A stretch of 64,000 nt of DNA from Anthoceros angustus (lineage: Eukaryota; Plantae; Anthocerotophyta), in NCBI GenBank assembly GCA_010909165.1, contig VJWM01000025.1:1798001-1862000 (forward strand), in the 5' to 3' direction. Under the pieces are notes generated by a model that was given only the letters and a program-made list of their open reading frames with translations, made no database searches and was not told the DNA's origin. The position numbers and the translations under genes are program-made. Every line of letters begins with the position of its first letter. Positions within the stretch are counted from its first letter, which is position 1. Positions 61,048 through 64,000 of this stretch are shown here, in pieces.

Positions 61048-61704
61048 CCCTACCACACTTGTCACCCACGTACCACGTTGACTCCACCCCTTCCTTCCCT
61101 CCAAACCCAAGCGGCTGCTGACTGGCTCAAATGCCATACTGACATCCTGCAGGAAGCACGCTCCCATTTACAGGAAGCTCAGAATCGTCAACGCCAGGCC
61201 GCCAACACACACAGGAGGGACCAACATTTTCAACCAGGGCAGTTAGTACTTCTGTCAACACGCCATCTCCACCTCCCGGGCAGCAGAAAGCTACAACCTC
61301 AATGGGTTGGACCCTTTACCATTCTCCAGAAAATTGGCACCATTGCCTACCGCCTCCAACTACCCCAGTCTTGGCATATTCACGACGTTTTTCATTCCGC
61401 CTTCCTCAAACTGTATCATGGCCTGCCACCAACCGGACCACTTCCCGAACTCATTGATCAAGCGCTTGAGTATGAAGTCGAGGCCATCCTCCAACACAAG
61501 TACGTTCGTCGCTCCCTCTGCTTTTTGGTCTTGTGGCGCGGCTACCCTCTTTCGGAAGCCACTTGGGAGCCACTTTCTTCTCTAACCCACTGTCCAGACA
61601 TTCTTGCCCAATATGCAACTCAACATCACCTCCAGCTTCCGACTTCGGGACGAAGTCTTTTTTCCCCCCAAATTAGTTGTAATGATATAATATTATATGT
61701 ATAG
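61048..61704 (+). mobile_element. Integrase C-terminus: GPY/F motif plus chromodomain, open frame reading into the 3' LTR
   Basis: KLQPQWVGPF..AYRLQLP..IHDVFH; EYEVEAIL..FLVLWRGYPLSEATWEP. Confidence 0.95.
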
Positions 61705-61851
61705 GATACATATACAGACACGTATAAAAGGCAGTGCGGATAGGATCGGAAGTCCAGTTCACCGTAGTGAGTCATATGCTAAGTTTGATATGATCACGGG
61801 ATGTTAAATACACGCCCCGAGCTCAGAGGGGCAGCTTTCCTTGTCGTTACA

Positions 61852-62115
61852 TCATGGGCCCCAGGGCGTTCGAGTGCCCTGCGCTCGATTTGGCTAGCTG
61901 GCAAGCCGTGCTAGTGCAATTTGGGGGCACCAGCCTACTCTCACTCGAGGTTTCTTCCCCAGCGGTTTTCGCAGGAGCTGGGCCCTATCAGCTCCTGCTC
62001 TGGCTTCTCGCTTCATCTTTCAAGACAGGCCTTTTGTGGAGGATCTTATGTCTAGTGTGGAGGAGGGAACCTTCCTTCTCCAAATTTCCTTGAGGCAGCC
62101 CAAGGAAATGCTTTC
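61852..62115 (+). mobile_element. Continuation of the CRE-like RT fragment after the LTR insertion
   Basis: MGPRAFECPALDLASWQAVLVQFGG...; collinear with 48334-48580. Confidence 0.75.
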
Positions 62116-63822
62116 TGCGGATGATGGCGCGGGGTTGTCCTTTCTTATTTCACGACTTACTTCAAACAACGAGTCTCCATTGCCCTTTAAAGGGCCCGCT
62201 CGATGGCAATCTTTAACAAAGCGATCACGGCAGGTGACGCTTGTTCCTCTTCCTCCGTAGTTTGCAAGCCATTTGTTCTTCCTGTGATATGATGTTCTAG
62301 GAGCAGTACGTAACTTTTCACCTTGACCCTCGGGGTCCACCTTCGTTGTCCTCTGCTGGATGGGTTTTCCCCATCGTTTTTTTCCCCAATAAAATATAAT
62401 TTTACTTGTATAAGGCAAACAAGAGAAAACATTGATCCCGAAAGGGTCATCCTAAGAATGAAATATTAATTAATATTTATAATATATAATTAAAAAACTG
62501 AATACCAATATATGTACAATCATCTTTTGTGGACTCTTTTTAGCCTAGGTCCTTAGTGGACTTAAATAAAATTCTTCTTCTTGTTCTTTTATGTGTCAAA
62601 CTAATAAAAGTTCAACGTGTTCAAGTCTAACCAAGTCTCGAGCTACAACTTCAAGTTGAGGTTTTATGAAGTCAAACTAATAAGAGCTCTTTTCGTTCAA
62701 GTCGAATAAAACCCTTACTTGTTAAGGTTGAAAGCTCAAAAGTTACAACTACGTCTATTCTCTATTCTCTAGTTGTTCGTGTCCATCCATGTGTGTCCAA
62801 ATGGCCTAGGCCAAATGGACACACATTTATAAGAACGCCGTGATTAAGCATCCTTAGCTTGGATCGGTACTTAGAAGGTGCCTAAAGGGAATGGATGCCC
62901 TTGGTGCAAGTAACTTAGGCAACCATGGTACAAGTTGTTAAGTACCAAGTCCATGATTAGTCCTTAGTGGACTTAAATAAAATTCTTCTTCTTCTTCATA
63001 AGGTGGCTCAATTTCATCCATCATGCTCTCAAAAGTTTGTCCATCCACGAGCTTTGCGTGTGACACATCTCCAAGAGTTATAGTATCGTGATCGATAAAG
63101 TGCCTCTTCTTGTTTTTCATTGAGCCATCCCGACTTAAAACTTGTCCTTGGAACGATTTTGTGCCGGTGAAACCACGAGATAGATTGGTAGATCCTAAGG
63201 CGTCATCTTGCCAAGAATGAGCTACAAAATTAATTTCAAGTCTCCTCTTAACCTATCTTGTTGAATGTTAAGTTCAAGGGTTGAAAGCAGATTGAGCGGG
63301 AATAATGAGTATGACAGAAATTGAAAGGTGTGACAAACGGAGATGTGTTGGCATGCATGATTCTTTTATGGTGAAGTGATGGTATTTGCATTCCACTTAA
63401 TTTCAAGGGCAGGGGCCTTACAACAAGTTAATGATCGACTAGGAAGTTCCTTAGGGTCTTTGAACAAGAGCCAATTGCAAGCAAAGATCATACAATGAAT
63501 TAATAAAAATAAAAATATTTATAACTATCCTCAATCTCATTGTCGAGTGTACGTGACTACTTCTTACATGTTTTTGTCTTTTCTATCCTCTCGTGTATGT
63601 TGATGGTTGGATGGATGAAAGTTTTCTCCTCTTATTTTGAGGATTTGGATGAAAAAGGTTTTGAAACTTTTTGCGGTCTTCATTAACCTTCTCCTTCTCC
63701 TTCTCCTTGTGTATAAACCCTTTACCATGGCACTCGATTATTTTGTAATAGAGTAAGTGCCTTATCTTGTATTGAAATAAAATTTAAATCTTCAAAGTAA
63801 AACTCATGAGATATGTTTTGTT

Positions 63823-64000
63823 CTATACTAGCATGTTTTGGTTTCCCTTTAAAAACGGATGTAGTAAAGCTTCTTTAGCTGTGATTCTCTCTAAAGGGTC
63901 CATAGCAAGAAGCTTCTTAAGAAGCGATAAGGCTATGGGATCGTAAAACCGATTTTCTAAAACTTTTCCAAACTTCCTGCTTTGTTGTTTGATCCACTTC
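63823..64000 (-). pseudogene. 3' end of the second MAPK-like kinase copy, cut by the window edge
   Basis: LLKKLLAMDPLERITAKEALLHPF; collinear with 50311-50487. Confidence 0.85.

Larger units (their letters stand above)
52640..61851 (+). mobile_element. Non-autonomous chromovirus-type Ty3/gypsy LTR element with cargo; TSD TCATG
   Basis: LTRs TGTAAT..TTACA at 52640-52819 and 61678-61851; TSD 52635-52639 and 61852-61856; empty site GACATCATGGGCCC at ~48330; no gag/PR/RT/RH recognisable. Confidence 0.95.

Noticed and set aside
52954-61050. GGAAAACCCC (~52954) and GGGGTTTTCC (~61040) as TIRs of a nested DNA transposon
   Set aside because: Only a 10 bp low-complexity match, no TSD, and the flanks are not contiguous retroelement sequence
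62020-63120. Minus-strand ORF pieces as a transposase
   Set aside because: No recognisable DDE, BED or dimerisation motifs

Overview
Eukaryotic nuclear DNA from a land plant. GC-rich exons, ~80-120 nt GT-AG introns and very tight gene spacing fit a bryophyte such as a hornwort (inference only). The gene core is an HMA metallochaperone (-), a P-class PPR protein (-), an intronless FAX1-type fatty-acid exporter (+) and an SDN small-RNA exonuclease (+). About 14-29.5 kb is a same-strand mosaic of near-identical pieces of the surrounding 9.6-33.5 kb joined at 9-11 bp microhomologies, most likely an assembly/consensus artefact. The flanks are transposon-rich: RLE/CRE-like non-LTR fragments, Copia and Ty3 fragments, a CACTA remnant holding a full-length degenerate Ty3/gypsy element (TSD AATAT), and a ~4.3 kb tandem unit carrying an intronless non-RD MAPK-like kinase. 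The second unit copy is interrupted by a 9.2 kb non-autonomous chromovirus-type LTR element (TSD TCATG, empty site in copy 1). Its gag/RT region is replaced by cargo, including an antisense intron-containing neprosin gene and a J-domain remnant. The PPR gene appears to have taken its N-terminal targeting exon from a mitochondrial EF-G gene fragment. Many frameshifts in the repeats look like long-read indel noise, so pseudogene calls are tentative. All homology calls come from motif recognition, not database searches.
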